From Candidatus Norongarragalinales archaeon (lineage in GTDB: Archaea; Micrarchaeota; Micrarchaeia; Norongarragalinales; Norongarragalinaceae): a DNA stretch of 64,000 nucleotides. Made by a program: the position numbers and the translations under genes. The first letter of the stretch is position 1. Each line of letters begins with the position of its first letter. Below the pieces are notes generated by a model. That model was not told where the DNA came from, ran no database searches, and saw only the letters and a program-made list of their open reading frames with translations. The stretch covers positions 576,001 through 640,000 of the forward strand of contig JAWABJ010000001.1 in assembly GCA_038884755.1 (NCBI GenBank), in the 5' to 3' direction. Positions 36,601 to 45,948 of this stretch are shown one piece after another.

Positions 36601-37503
36601 TCAACGCAGTTCCGCAAGCACGTCCTTGTGCGCGTGCGAATTGATTACGACCCCGGCGCCTATTTCCACGCCTGCCCAAACGCTTTTCCTCGGGTAGAAT
36701 TCTATATGCAAGTGCCCGGTTTCGTGGAAAACGAAATTGTAAGATTCGCTTATCCCTGAAGTTTTCTTGATGCACTGTTGTATCGCCTGCAAAAGCAAAA
36801 CGCCTTCGTGCACGCTTAAATCCTTTAAACGCAAAACGTGTTTTTTCGGGACAATCCACAATTCGTAGCCAAACCTACCGAACTCTGGCGCGACCACGCG
36901 CGCGAAGGAATTCTCAAAAACCGCGTGCTGTTTCGAAGAAAAGTAGCAGTAAAAACATTTTCCGGTATTGCGACGGAAAGATTCGAAAAACCACTCTTCG
37001 TGAAAGAGCAACGGAGGCTTGAAGGGGAAAGAGAATATTTGTGCGTGCTCGTGGGGAATGCTCGCCCCTCCGGCAAGCCCGTGATTTTTGATGAGCAACA
37101 CGCTGTCCACGCCCGTTCTTTTTTTCAAAAGCTTTAGCCGAGAAACGTAAGTCTCGAAAACCAGGCGCAACTGCCGTTCGTCAAGGTTTTGAAACAGCTC
37201 TTCATGCGAAGGCGTCTCAACTATAACCTCGTGTTCCCCGAAAGCCGGACCGGGAATTTTGGTGAAACGCCCGTACGGCTTCAACGCCGGAAAGGCGTTT
37301 TCGAAAACCCGCGTTTGCCAGTGTTTTGCGTTAGGCAGAGCGAAACGCGTGGGCGGCGTCATTTTCTCGCTGCCCTTGCAGAAAGGGCACGGCGGCTTTT
37401 CTTTCGATTTCGCGAAAAGCCTAGGGCGTTTCGAGCGTTTTCCGGCCACTATTACGATTTGCCCTTTCGTCGGGTCGAACGTAATCTTGTTTTCGTCCGT
37501 CAT
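36601..37503 (-). CDS. galT: Galactose-1-phosphate uridylyltransferase-like (GalT/HIT) protein
   Basis: RSKRP, CPFCKG.E, NAFPAL, GEHEVIVE, NHG..GGASIPHEHAQI. Confidence 0.85.
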   Translation of the reverse strand: MTDENKITFDPTKGQIVIVAGKRSKRPRLFAKSKEKPPCPFCKGSEKMTPPTRFALPNAKHWQTRVFENAFPALKPYGRFTKIPGPAFGEHEVIVETPSHEELFQNLDERQLRLVFETYVSRLKLLKKRTGVDSVLLIKNHGLAGGASIPHEHAQIFSFPFKPPLLFHEEWFFESFRRNTGKCFYCYFSSKQHAVFENSFARVVAPEFGRFGYELWIVPKKHVLRLKDLSVHEGVLLLQAIQQCIKKTSGISESYNFVFHETGHLHIEFYPRKSVWAGVEIGAGVVINSHAHKDVLAELR

Positions 37504-37712
37504 TTCTTTTCACCGACGCTCAAGCTCGTTCCGAGAAGCGAAAAAAGCAAAGCCAATACTATCAAGTCGTAATAGCCCACGCTGCGCGAGGAAACGGTGG
37601 AAAGGAGTATGTCAAAGAGGAGTGTAGATGCGAAAATGAACGCGAAAAGCTTTTTGTTAAATTTCACCGCCAACGCAATCCCCGCTGAAAAAATCCGAAG
37701 TGGATTACGCAA
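37500..37712 (-). CDS. Small two-TM membrane protein (hypothetical)
   Basis: Fills the gap between two co-oriented genes, with ATGA overlap into galT; two hydrophobic stretches. Confidence 0.55.
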   Translation of the reverse strand: MRNPLRIFSAGIALAVKFNKKLFAFIFASTLLFDILLSTVSSRSVGYYDLIVLALLFSLLGTSLSVGEKK

Positions 37713-37731
37713 GGGCGGTTAAAAAACCATT

Positions 37732-39102
37732 TCAGCTGGCAAGAACTATGAGTTCGGCAAGGGAATTCAGGCGGACGGAAGCGCTTTTCTCAACCTGCTT
37801 TGTCGAAGGGTTTACGCACACGCTCAGTCCCGCGCTTTCGAACATTTCGACATCCTGTTTCGAATCCCCGACCGCTATGACTTCTTCGATCCGCGCCGAG
37901 TACTTGCGCATCAAGTATTTTACTGCCGCACCTTTGGAAAAGACGTTTTCCCTGGAATCGACACTGGAAAAGGGAATCTTGCATTTCCCCGTGAAGATGC
38001 CGTTTTTCTCTTCCAGCTGGGGCGAAATTATTTCGTCGAAAAAGCCTTGGGGAAAAACGGAATTCACCGCCCGCCTGAAAGAGTAGGAAACCACGGCAAG
38101 CTTATACCCCATGCGCTTCAAGTAAGTCAAAGTTTCGACTGCATAAGGGGTTTTTGGCATTTCAGACGCGGCTGCCGCAAGCTGGCGCGAAGTCTTGCCT
38201 TTCAGCAGCAAGGCGATGTTTTGCGTAAGCTGGCGTTCGGTAATGCTGCCCGAAAGGAACTTTCTCCGCTCCCGCTCGAGATTGCGCTCGAAACCAAGTT
38301 TTTTGGAAACGAAGGCAATGCTGCTTCCGGCAACGAGAGTCTTGTCGAAATCCAAGACTATGAGCTTGTGTTTGTTGGCGAAAAACCCAGCCCGTTGGAG
38401 TATGGTCTTGATGACGTGGCGCGAGGTCACTGCCAAGCTCGAAAGCGAACGGTGCTTGTGCTTCAACGAGCCTATGTTTACTTCAACGATTTTCTCCCCG
38501 CCCTGGAGTGCGTCTAGCACGAGCGCTATGTCCACGCCCCAATCGTCGGCAATGTCAAGCCTTTCAAGCAATTCGCGAGTGGCGCAAAACTGTCCGCTCA
38601 ACGGCTCGGAAAGGGAAAAGCCCGGAAACAAGTATCCCAACAGCGGTTTTGCCGCCAGTTCAGTAACCCGCCCTCCCTCGCCGCGCTTGAACGTAGCTTT
38701 TGCAAAAGCAGCTTGCCCCAACGCAACCGGCTCGATGAGAGGGAACAATTTCGATGGGGAGATGTTTTCCAGGTCTCCGTCGACGAAAAGCAGGACGTTG
38801 TTCTCAGCGCGTTTGATGCCCGTTTTTATCGCGTGCCCTTTGCCGAGGTTTTTCGCATGCTTTACTACCCGCGCACCGGCTTTTCTTGCCGCAGTGGCAG
38901 TTGCGTCTGTCGAACCGTCATCCACGACGATTATTTCGCTTACTGAGCGTGTTTTCTTCAAGGCTTCGATTACCGAAGCAATAGTCTTGGACTCATTGAA
39001 GGCGGGAATTATCGCGGATACTGGCGCGAGCTCCATATCGCCCCAAGCCTTGCCGAAAATCTTCAAAACGCTTTTCAACGGTTTGAATTCCTTAAAACGC
39101 AT
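37732..39102 (-). CDS. Glucosyl-3-phosphoglycerate synthase-like glycosyltransferase fused to a HAD-IB phosphatase
   Basis: N half: IIPAFNE, VDDGSTD, GKG, FVDGD, GGRVTEL.AKPLL, PLSGQF, WGVDIALVLD, HKH. C half: DFDKTL, VVS, K, GDSKQD. Start may be ATG 39036. Confidence 0.85.
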   Translation of the reverse strand: MRFKEFKPLKSVLKIFGKAWGDMELAPVSAIIPAFNESKTIASVIEALKKTRSVSEIIVVDDGSTDATATAARKAGARVVKHAKNLGKGHAIKTGIKRAENNVLLFVDGDLENISPSKLFPLIEPVALGQAAFAKATFKRGEGGRVTELAAKPLLGYLFPGFSLSEPLSGQFCATRELLERLDIADDWGVDIALVLDALQGGEKIVEVNIGSLKHKHRSLSSLAVTSRHVIKTILQRAGFFANKHKLIVLDFDKTLVAGSSIAFVSKKLGFERNLERERRKFLSGSITERQLTQNIALLLKGKTSRQLAAAASEMPKTPYAVETLTYLKRMGYKLAVVSYSFRRAVNSVFPQGFFDEIISPQLEEKNGIFTGKCKIPFSSVDSRENVFSKGAAVKYLMRKYSARIEEVIAVGDSKQDVEMFESAGLSVCVNPSTKQVEKSASVRLNSLAELIVLAS

Positions 39103-39156
39103 TAGGCAAACACCATGAATCCTCCCGGCTTTGCAAGTGAAAGCCAGCCGTAAAAA

Positions 39157-39864
39157 CTACCACTGCTCGAACTTTATTTTTTCCTGCGTCACGCCCAGGC
39201 TTTTGAGCACTTCGAAAGCGCCGTGCGTATAGCGCGGAGGCCCGCAAATGTAATAGCTTTGCGTTTCGGGATAAGGAACGTGGCGCGTGAGCATTTCCGC
39301 AGTCAAATAGCCTTCTTCCTTAGTTCCGTCCCAAGGCGCGCTTTCTTCCGGGCGCGTCAAGTCCAAAACGTACTTGAAGTCGGGATTGCGTTTTTCCAAA
39401 TCTTTGAAATACCCCAAAAACGGCGTTTCCTGCACGGTTCGGTTCGAGTGTATCAAAACCATTTTAGTAGGCAACTTCTTCTCATCTACGTATTTTATCA
39501 TGGAAAGCAAGGGTGCGATGCCCACTCCTCCCGCCAGGAAAACCACGCTTTCCGCTCGCTCGTCAAAAACGAAATTGCCGTAAGGCCCGAAAAAACCCAT
39601 TTTGTCGCCGGGCTTTATCGACTGGAGCTTGGTGGGAAAATTGGGCGTCATGCGGTATGTGATGGACACTTTGTCGGTCAAAAGCGGGGAAGAGGAAATG
39701 GAGTAAACCCTGCCTTCGCCGTAAGACCCGTCTTCCTTCAAAAGAAAATAAGTGCAGCACTGCCCGGGCTTGGGCTGAATGGGAGTGGAAAGCTGGAATT
39801 CGCTTGTTTTTACCGTCGCACACTCGTCGTAAGTCCGCAGGAGGGTTACAAGCTGCCTCTTCAA
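39157..39864 (-). CDS. Ferredoxin--NAD(P)+ reductase family FAD oxidoreductase
   Basis: PGQ, RVYSISSSP, GPYGNF, LAGGVGIAPLLSM, YICGPP, terminal EQW. TTG start after an AGGTG RBS. Confidence 0.9.
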   Translation of the reverse strand: MKRQLVTLLRTYDECATVKTSEFQLSTPIQPKPGQCCTYFLLKEDGSYGEGRVYSISSSPLLTDKVSITYRMTPNFPTKLQSIKPGDKMGFFGPYGNFVFDERAESVVFLAGGVGIAPLLSMIKYVDEKKLPTKMVLIHSNRTVQETPFLGYFKDLEKRNPDFKYVLDLTRPEESAPWDGTKEEGYLTAEMLTRHVPYPETQSYYICGPPRYTHGAFEVLKSLGVTQEKIKFEQW

Positions 39865-40005
39865 TAATAAACACCTTTTCAAAAGCCAAAAAGCAATAGC
39901 TTGCTATGACTGGATTTTACCAAATAACTTTTGGAACGAAATCGTTTTTAATCCCGACGGGCAAATGTTTTTTTAAAAATCTATTCGAAAAGAGCGTGTT
40001 TTGTT

Positions 40006-40257
40006 TTGGCGAGATACAAGATAGTTTACGAGCGCGTAGGGTGCATCGGCGCTGCAGTGTGTGTTGCAGTAAACCCTGCACGGTGGGAGTTGGATGCGGA
40101 CAGCAAAGCCAACCTCATAGGCGGAATCAAGAACGGCGATTCTTTCGAACTTGAGCTTGACGAGGGTGAGATAGAACAAATGAAGCAGGCGGCTGAAGGC
40201 TGTCCCGTCAACGTCATTCACATTATCAACCTCGATACAGGCGAAAAGTTAATTTGA
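40006..40257 (+). CDS. Ferredoxin (single cluster, probably 3Fe-4S)
   Basis: CIGAAVC...AAEGCPVNVI; second Cys of CxxCxxC replaced by Ala. Confidence 0.88.
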   Translation: MARYKIVYERVGCIGAAVCVAVNPARWELDADSKANLIGGIKNGDSFELELDEGEIEQMKQAAEGCPVNVIHIINLDTGEKLI

Positions 40258-40266
40258 AAACGGGGC

Positions 40267-40896
40267 GTGGAATTTTACATGCTTAAAACAATAAAGACGG
40301 GGCTGGTTGCGGTCGCGGTCGTTGCAATCGCGCTGCTCGCGTACCAAGCTTTCCTTTCGCCCAAAGCCGCATCTCCTTCGACCCGAGAATACCACGCGCA
40401 CGCGGATTTCGCCGTTTTCGTCAACGGACAAAAGCTTGATTTTGCGAAAGAAGAGTTCATGCACAAGGAAACGTGCGGCAAGCCAGGCGAGGAAGAGCCG
40501 CCCATAGACTTGAATACACCAGAGGGCATGGCCGAAGCCGCGCACTTGCACGACTTGAACGGAAACGTAGCGCATTTCCACCACGAGAACGCCACTCTCG
40601 CCATGTTCTTCAAAGGGCTGGATTTTGGCCTGACTGGAGAGTGTTTTGAAACTCGCGAGGCAAGATACTGCAACACAGACTTCAAAAAAATAAAGGTTTT
40701 TGCCAACGGAATGCAAATTGCGGACATCGAAAAATACGTTCCCAGCGATTTGGACAAGATTCTTGTTACTTACGGCGAGGAAAGCGCTTCGGAAATCCGC
40801 GCCGAGAACGAGCAGTTGACTAACCAGGCGTGTATTTATTCGGAAAAATGTCCTAAACCCGAGGGCTTCGTGATAACGCCCGAATCGTGCGCTTAG
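40267..40896 (+). CDS. Membrane-anchored His-rich putative metal-binding protein
   Basis: N-terminal TM, YHAHADFAVFVNG, AHLHD..G.VAHFH, DLDKILVTYG, C-terminal Cys cluster. Confidence 0.7.
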   Translation: MEFYMLKTIKTGLVAVAVVAIALLAYQAFLSPKAASPSTREYHAHADFAVFVNGQKLDFAKEEFMHKETCGKPGEEEPPIDLNTPEGMAEAAHLHDLNGNVAHFHHENATLAMFFKGLDFGLTGECFETREARYCNTDFKKIKVFANGMQIADIEKYVPSDLDKILVTYGEESASEIRAENEQLTNQACIYSEKCPKPEGFVITPESCA

Positions 40897-40903
40897 CCGG
40901 GCG

Positions 40904-41934
40904 TCATTCTTTCGGAAACTTGGTTTTTCCCGTATTCACGATAAGCATTTTCTTGTTTTTCGGCAGTTTTTCCTTGAGCTGCAGCATTAGCGCCAGACCT
41001 GCTATGCCTGAAGGCTCGCAGCTTATGCCCTGCGCTTGCGCTAAATCCATAGCTTCGTCGAAGTGGTTCTCTTTAACTAAGTGAACGTTAGAAAGCGGAC
41101 CACAATAACCAGCATAGCGGTAGAGCCGAATCCATTGTTCGTCGTAGTGCATAAACGGCAAGTGTGGGGAGTAAAGTTTGTCCGCTTTCGAATTCGGGTT
41201 GTTCGTAGTTGCACCGAAGAAGTTGCATTTTGTCAGGGCGCTTAGTTTTCCTTCGAAGCGCGGATCGTGACTTTGGGCTGAAGAGATTTCGCGCTTGTTG
41301 ACGTTAAGGATATTTTCATAAAGGTTTCCGGAACCAAACGGAATGAAGCAATAGTCTGGAGAATTGTTGAGTATTTCGTAGCTCATCCAGTCGTAAAAGC
41401 GCGTGTCGGGGTCCAGCGCTTGCGCCGAGGTTACGTCGAAGCCGCCTTTGTTGTTGGTAAGCGAAAGGATTTCGTTCCAGGAAAATGCTTTCTTGCTCAA
41501 GTCAGTCTGGTATATTTCACACCCGATTTTTTTTAGTCCGGAAAGAATTTTGCCGTTTATGCGGATGTCCACCAAAACCTTGAGCCGCGGGAGGCCGTAC
41601 TTGCTCAACATGGTTTGGATTGCAGTTGCTGCCGAACCTGAAGAGATTATGGACATGTGGGGCAAAGGACCGCTTATTTGCCCACGTTTTTTCGCCAGGA
41701 GAAAATCCCTGTAAGTTACTATGATTTCCCAAGCCATGCGGTCTTTGTGCGTGCCCGTCGGGTTGACGCTCTCGTCTTTCAGCCAAACGTCGGAAAAATC
41801 CGAAACCTTGATTTTGAATGTGGGGGTGGCGGGAAATTTGGGGTTGTCTGTCGGGAATTCCGGCTTTCTAGGTCGTTTTCAGAAGTGGTCGGAATAGCGT
41901 CGAGGATTTTCTGTTCTTCGGAAGTCAAAACCAT
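40904..41934 (-). pseudogene. PLP-dependent fold-type II enzyme (threonine synthase-like) with a 1-nt frameshift near 41871
   Basis: VWLKDESVNPTGTHKDR (PLP Lys), ISSGSAA, IPFGSGNL, CEPSGIAGLA, NTG. The N-terminus MVLTSEEQKILDAIPTTSEND is in another frame; adding one C (GACC to GACCC) gives a continuous 343-aa ORF. Confidence 0.8.
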
Positions 41935-42003
41935 GAAATACCCTTTGAAAAAACAATCTTAAAATATGATGGCGTCGTATGCTTTTAGAGAGGTGGGGGA
42001 ACT

Positions 42004-42600
42004 TTGTTTGAATTGCCTAAGCTTGAATACTCGTATAACGCGTTAGAGCCGTACATAGACGAAATGACGATGACTATCCATCATACTAAACACCACCAGG
42101 CGTATATCGACAACGTGAACAAAGCAATCGCAGGAACGCCGTTCGACGGAAAGCCTGTTGAAGAGTTGCTGAAAAACTTGAACGCTATTCCTGAGAACAT
42201 TCGCAACGCGGTGCGCAACCACGGCGGAGGGCATTACAACCACTCGCTTTTCTGGAAGATGATGGGGCCTGGAAAAGGCGGGCAGCCTTCAGGAAATATG
42301 TCTGATGCGTTGAACGAACGGTTTGGTTCTTTTGACAAGTTCGTCGAGCAATTCACCGCAAGCGCACTGGGGCGTTTTGGAAGCGGATGGGCTTGGCTGG
42401 TTTCCAACAACGGCACTCTCGAAATAGTTTCGACTGCAAACCAGGACAATCCAGTCAGCGAAGGGAAAAAGCCTCTGCTTGGCGTGGACGTTTGGGAGCA
42501 CGCGTATTATTTGAAGTACCAGAACAAGCGCGCAGATTACGTGAAAGCATGGTGGAACGTGGTCGATTGGGATTACGCGCAAAGCCAGTTCGAAAAATAG
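42004..42600 (+). CDS. sod: Superoxide dismutase (Mn/Fe family, Mn-like signature)
   Basis: [43 protein letters not shown] start after GGTGG. Confidence 0.96.
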   Translation: MFELPKLEYSYNALEPYIDEMTMTIHHTKHHQAYIDNVNKAIAGTPFDGKPVEELLKNLNAIPENIRNAVRNHGGGHYNHSLFWKMMGPGKGGQPSGNMSDALNERFGSFDKFVEQFTASALGRFGSGWAWLVSNNGTLEIVSTANQDNPVSEGKKPLLGVDVWEHAYYLKYQNKRADYVKAWWNVVDWDYAQSQFEK

Positions 42601-42625
42601 GAGAAAAAAAGTCCGGGAGCTTTTT

Positions 42626-43852
42626 TCAGCTGAATAGTATTTTCAGGTAGACTAACGGACTGGTCAGCTCTTTTCGCGCGGTCTCGTTCGCGAGCGTCTC
42701 TGCAATCATGTCTCTCGCGTGCTTGTTCGTCGCCGCTTTCTTTACGATGTAGTTCAACAGCCAGTAGTTTCCGTTGATGTTCCATGAGCCGCGTTTTTGC
42801 AGCTTGTAGCTCTTCTGCAATTCGTTGTCCAACTCTGCGCTCAAATCTTTCTCGTACTTAAATAAAGTAACTTCGGAAAAGTCGTTCTTCGAGAAAGCTT
42901 CGTGAATGGTGTTAGCGGCAATCTTGCCCGAAGTCATCGCGTTTCCAATTCCCTCTCCGGTGAAAGGATCAATCAAAGAAGCTGCATCTCCGATCAAAAC
43001 GAATCCGTTGCCGTGGTTTTTTCTTCTCTTGGAACCGAAAGGCAGGTTCCAAGCTTTTACTTCAGAAACCTGCTCTGCGTTCGCAAAGCGTTCTTTGAAC
43101 AGCGGGTTGGTTTTGATTTCGTTCAACATCCATTCCTTGAGGTTGATTTTCTTCTGCTTGAAGTCTTTAGTGAGAAGGCCGGCGCCGACGTTGGCCAAAC
43201 CATTGTCGAGCGGGAAAATCCAAAAGTAGCCTGGAACTATCGACTGCACGAAGTGCAATTCTATGTTTTTCGTCATTCCAGTCACGCCTTTGTAGTAAGC
43301 GCGCACTGCGACGCAGTGGTGGTTTTCGTCTATCTTGTCCAAGCCCAGCTTGTTGGCGACTATCGACGTGGCGCCGTCGGCGCCGACGACCACTTTAGCG
43401 CGAAACTCGCGCGGAGTCTTGTCTTTCATGCTTATGCCTTTCACTCCCACGACGAAATCTCCTTCCTTGACGACGTCTGTAACGGCAAATTCTTCCATTA
43501 CGGTGGCGAATTTCTTGCAATGCTGGAACAAGAGGTTGTCGTACACGAGGCGTCGGGCGCAATAGCCCACGTTTTCTTCAGTGCGGAACGGAATTTCTAC
43601 CACATAGCCTTCTGGCGAAGAAAACGTTACTCCGTATATTTTTTCGTTGTCTATAGCTTCCACGCCTTGAAGCAGTCCCATCTCGCGCAGCACGCCCATG
43701 CTTTTTCCGCTTATCGCGTCTCCGCAAGTCTTGTCGCGCGGGAATTTCGCCTTGTCCAAAAGCAAGACCTTGTGCGCCATTTGGCCCAAGAACGTGGCGC
43801 AAGTCGAGCCTGCAGGCCCGCCACCAACGATTATGACGTCGTAGTTTTCCAT
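42626..43852 (-). CDS. Geranylgeranyl reductase family flavoprotein
   Basis: GGGPAGS, PRDKTCGD, GADG, PGYFWIFP, GDAASLIDPFTGEGI..A..SG. Confidence 0.9.
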   Translation of the reverse strand: MENYDVIIVGGGPAGSTCATFLGQMAHKVLLLDKAKFPRDKTCGDAISGKSMGVLREMGLLQGVEAIDNEKIYGVTFSSPEGYVVEIPFRTEENVGYCARRLVYDNLLFQHCKKFATVMEEFAVTDVVKEGDFVVGVKGISMKDKTPREFRAKVVVGADGATSIVANKLGLDKIDENHHCVAVRAYYKGVTGMTKNIELHFVQSIVPGYFWIFPLDNGLANVGAGLLTKDFKQKKINLKEWMLNEIKTNPLFKERFANAEQVSEVKAWNLPFGSKRRKNHGNGFVLIGDAASLIDPFTGEGIGNAMTSGKIAANTIHEAFSKNDFSEVTLFKYEKDLSAELDNELQKSYKLQKRGSWNINGNYWLLNYIVKKAATNKHARDMIAETLANETARKELTSPLVYLKILFS

Positions 43853-44035
43853 TCTCTTCCAACCATTTTTTAGAATATCTTTAAACGCTTGCCTAGGGGG
43901 GTTAGCGCCGCCAAAGGCAAATAGACTTTACTGCTTTATTCTACAGGTTCGAACAAGAATAAAAAGGGTTTCGTTTGGACTTTCGGGCAAGGCATAAAAA
44001 CACCGTTTGGCTTAAAACAATTACGGGAAAGCGGA

Positions 44036-44236
44036 ATGGCTAAAGGCGAAATTCCTTTCGTGGACAAGGCAAAGTGCATAGGCAGCGGCATGTGCGCGAT
44101 TGTCGCGTCGAAAACATTCAAGGTCGTCGATGGAAAAAGCACGGTGATAGAACCGCAAGGCGATTCGGAGGAAAACATCCAGGCGGCTATAGACGGCTGC
44201 CCCGCCCAAGCGATCTTCTGGAAGAAAAAACAGTAA
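44036..44236 (+). CDS. Ferredoxin (single cluster)
   Basis: CIGSGMC...AIDGCPAQAI; second Cys replaced by Ser. Confidence 0.88.
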   Translation: MAKGEIPFVDKAKCIGSGMCAIVASKTFKVVDGKSTVIEPQGDSEENIQAAIDGCPAQAIFWKKKQ

Positions 44237-44246
44237 AAAGCCGAAA

Positions 44247-44795
44247 TTAGCTTCTTGCGAAGTATTTGGCGTAGGCTACGCCCACGAGCAAGCCGCCCAA
44301 GTGTGCCGCGCTCGCTATTCCGCTTGCGGGGTTGAACGTGCCGAGGAATTCTATCAAAACCCAAAACACGGCAGCGTAACGCATGGGCATGGGCACGAAC
44401 ATCACGAAAACGGTCATGTTTGGCATCAATACGGCAAGCGCCCCGAGAATGCCGTAAATCGCACCGCTCGCGCCCAACGCCGGCAAGGACGGAATAACTC
44501 CCAAGGCGACGAACGCGTAGTAGGAAAAGCTTCCTATCACTCCCGCGGCCAGGAACAGTTCCAAAAACTTTCTCGAGCCTATGCGCGTTTCCAAGAAAGG
44601 CCCGAACATGAGCAGGGCGAAGCCGTTGAAGAACAAGTGCATAAGCCCGCCGTGGAGGAAAATGGAGGTGAAAAAGCCCCACGGCTGGGTTGAAACCGAG
44701 GCGGGGTTGAACCAAAACAATTCCGTAAAACCGGGAATCGCGAGCTGTAGCACGAAAACAGTTATTAGGAGAACGAGAAGGGTCGTTGAGTACAA
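44247..44795 (-). CDS. Rhomboid family intramembrane serine protease
   Basis: PW..FTSIFLHGGLMHLFFN, GASGAIYG (Ser), AHLGG (His). Confidence 0.93.
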   Translation of the reverse strand: MYSTTLLVLLITVFVLQLAIPGFTELFWFNPASVSTQPWGFFTSIFLHGGLMHLFFNGFALLMFGPFLETRIGSRKFLELFLAAGVIGSFSYYAFVALGVIPSLPALGASGAIYGILGALAVLMPNMTVFVMFVPMPMRYAAVFWVLIEFLGTFNPASGIASAAHLGGLLVGVAYAKYFARS

Positions 44796-44859
44796 GGAAT
44801 AACACCTGGCGGCTAGGAAATATTAAGCGGGCCTCTTTTTATAATTAGAACTGGTTGGA

Positions 44860-45222
44860 ATGAAATTGCACTTGAAAAAATGTGTTCCATGCGAAGGCGG
44901 CATTACGCCCTTGCCTTTGCGCGAAGCTCGAAAAATGCTCGAAATCCTGCCCGCGGGCTGGAAGATAGCCGAAAACGGCGCAGGAATCCCCCAATTGAGA
45001 AAGACGTTCGTTTTCAAAAACTTCGCTAAAGCAATCGCATTCGTCAACCGCATCGCAGCAATAGCTGAAAGCCAAGGCCACCATCCGGACATAGTCGTTT
45101 TCGGTTGGAACAAGGTGCGCATAGAGCTTTACACGCACGCCATTCGCGGCTTGCATGAGAACGATTTCGTGATGGCCGCGCGAATAGACCATGTTTACAC
45201 GGTCAAAAACAAGGGTTTTTAA
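44860..45222 (+). CDS. Pterin-4a-carbinolamine dehydratase
   Basis: CVPCEGG, F.FKNF..A..FVN, AE.QGHHPDI, THAIRGLHENDF..AARID. Confidence 0.93.
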   Translation: MKLHLKKCVPCEGGITPLPLREARKMLEILPAGWKIAENGAGIPQLRKTFVFKNFAKAIAFVNRIAAIAESQGHHPDIVVFGWNKVRIELYTHAIRGLHENDFVMAARIDHVYTVKNKGF

Positions 45223-45363
45223 GGCGAACGAAGTAAAGAACTTTAGAGAAACCTAGTTCTAGGCGAGAACAATTGAAAGAGGAAGTTTCAATAGCTTTTT
45301 CTGATAGATTTTCTGGCTACGAGCGGGTTTAATGCACTGTAGAAGTGCAGGGTGAACAGAAGT

Positions 45364-45552
45364 ATGGAAGACACAAGTGGAGGCCAAGGCGGCTTTAGAG
45401 GTGGCTACGGCGACAGGAAAATGTATAAGGCGACTTGCTCCGATTGCGGAGCCGAGTGCGAAGTTCCTTTTGAACCTTCGCCCGGAAGGCCTGTGTACTG
45501 CAGGAACTGCTACCAAAACCACAGGAAACCCCATCACGGCGGCAGAAGGTAA
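45364..45552 (+). CDS. CxxC-x17-CxxC domain protein
   Basis: Gly-rich N-terminus, then MYKATCSDCG.ECEVPF.P..GRPVYCRNCY. Confidence 0.9.
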   Translation: MEDTSGGQGGFRGGYGDRKMYKATCSDCGAECEVPFEPSPGRPVYCRNCYQNHRKPHHGGRR

Positions 45553-45665
45553 AAACTTCTGAATTCCTGTAAAAGAAAAAAGGGCGTAAAAAACCCTTTT
45601 CTCCTTCTTATTCGTTTTTTCTGTCAACTTCGATTATTCAATGTAAAACCTAAAGTGGCTTGAAA

Positions 45666-45819
45666 ATGGTTTTGGAAAGCGAAGCCGCATGCCCAAAATG
45701 CTTTGAACGAAAACGGCTATACTATAATGATGTCTAAAGACAAGAGCGGAGCGTTTCACTGCAAGTACGGACACAAGTTCAAGGAAGACTCGAAAGGGTT
45801 TCTCAAGCCCTTAGCTTGA
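45666..45819 (+). pseudogene. Small zinc-ribbon-like protein with an apparent 1-nt insertion near 45703
   Basis: Removing one T of the TTT run gives MVLESEAACPKCLNENGYTIMMSKDKSGAFHCKYGHKFKEDSKGFLKPLA* (CxxC...CxxxH). Confidence 0.5.
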
Positions 45820-45923
45820 CCCCAAATTTTTTGCTGGCCAGGAGGAGTCATAAATACCTCTAGAAAGCAGGAGTATTAATTTTTGTCTAAGCGGGCGGCT
45901 TAGTAAAGGAAAGAGGTTTCCAA

Positions 45924-45944
45924 GGAGAAAACCACGTTTTCTCC
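45924..45944. terminator. Perfect 9-bp hairpin just 3' of the C/D RNA
   Basis: GGAGAAAAC-CAC-GTTTTCTCC; the function is inferred from position only. Confidence 0.45.
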
Positions 45945-45948
45945 CGGA

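Noticed and set aside
41879..41881. In-frame TGA as a selenocysteine or readthrough codon
   Set aside because: A single-base indel explains the break better, because the plausible N-terminus lies in a different frame.
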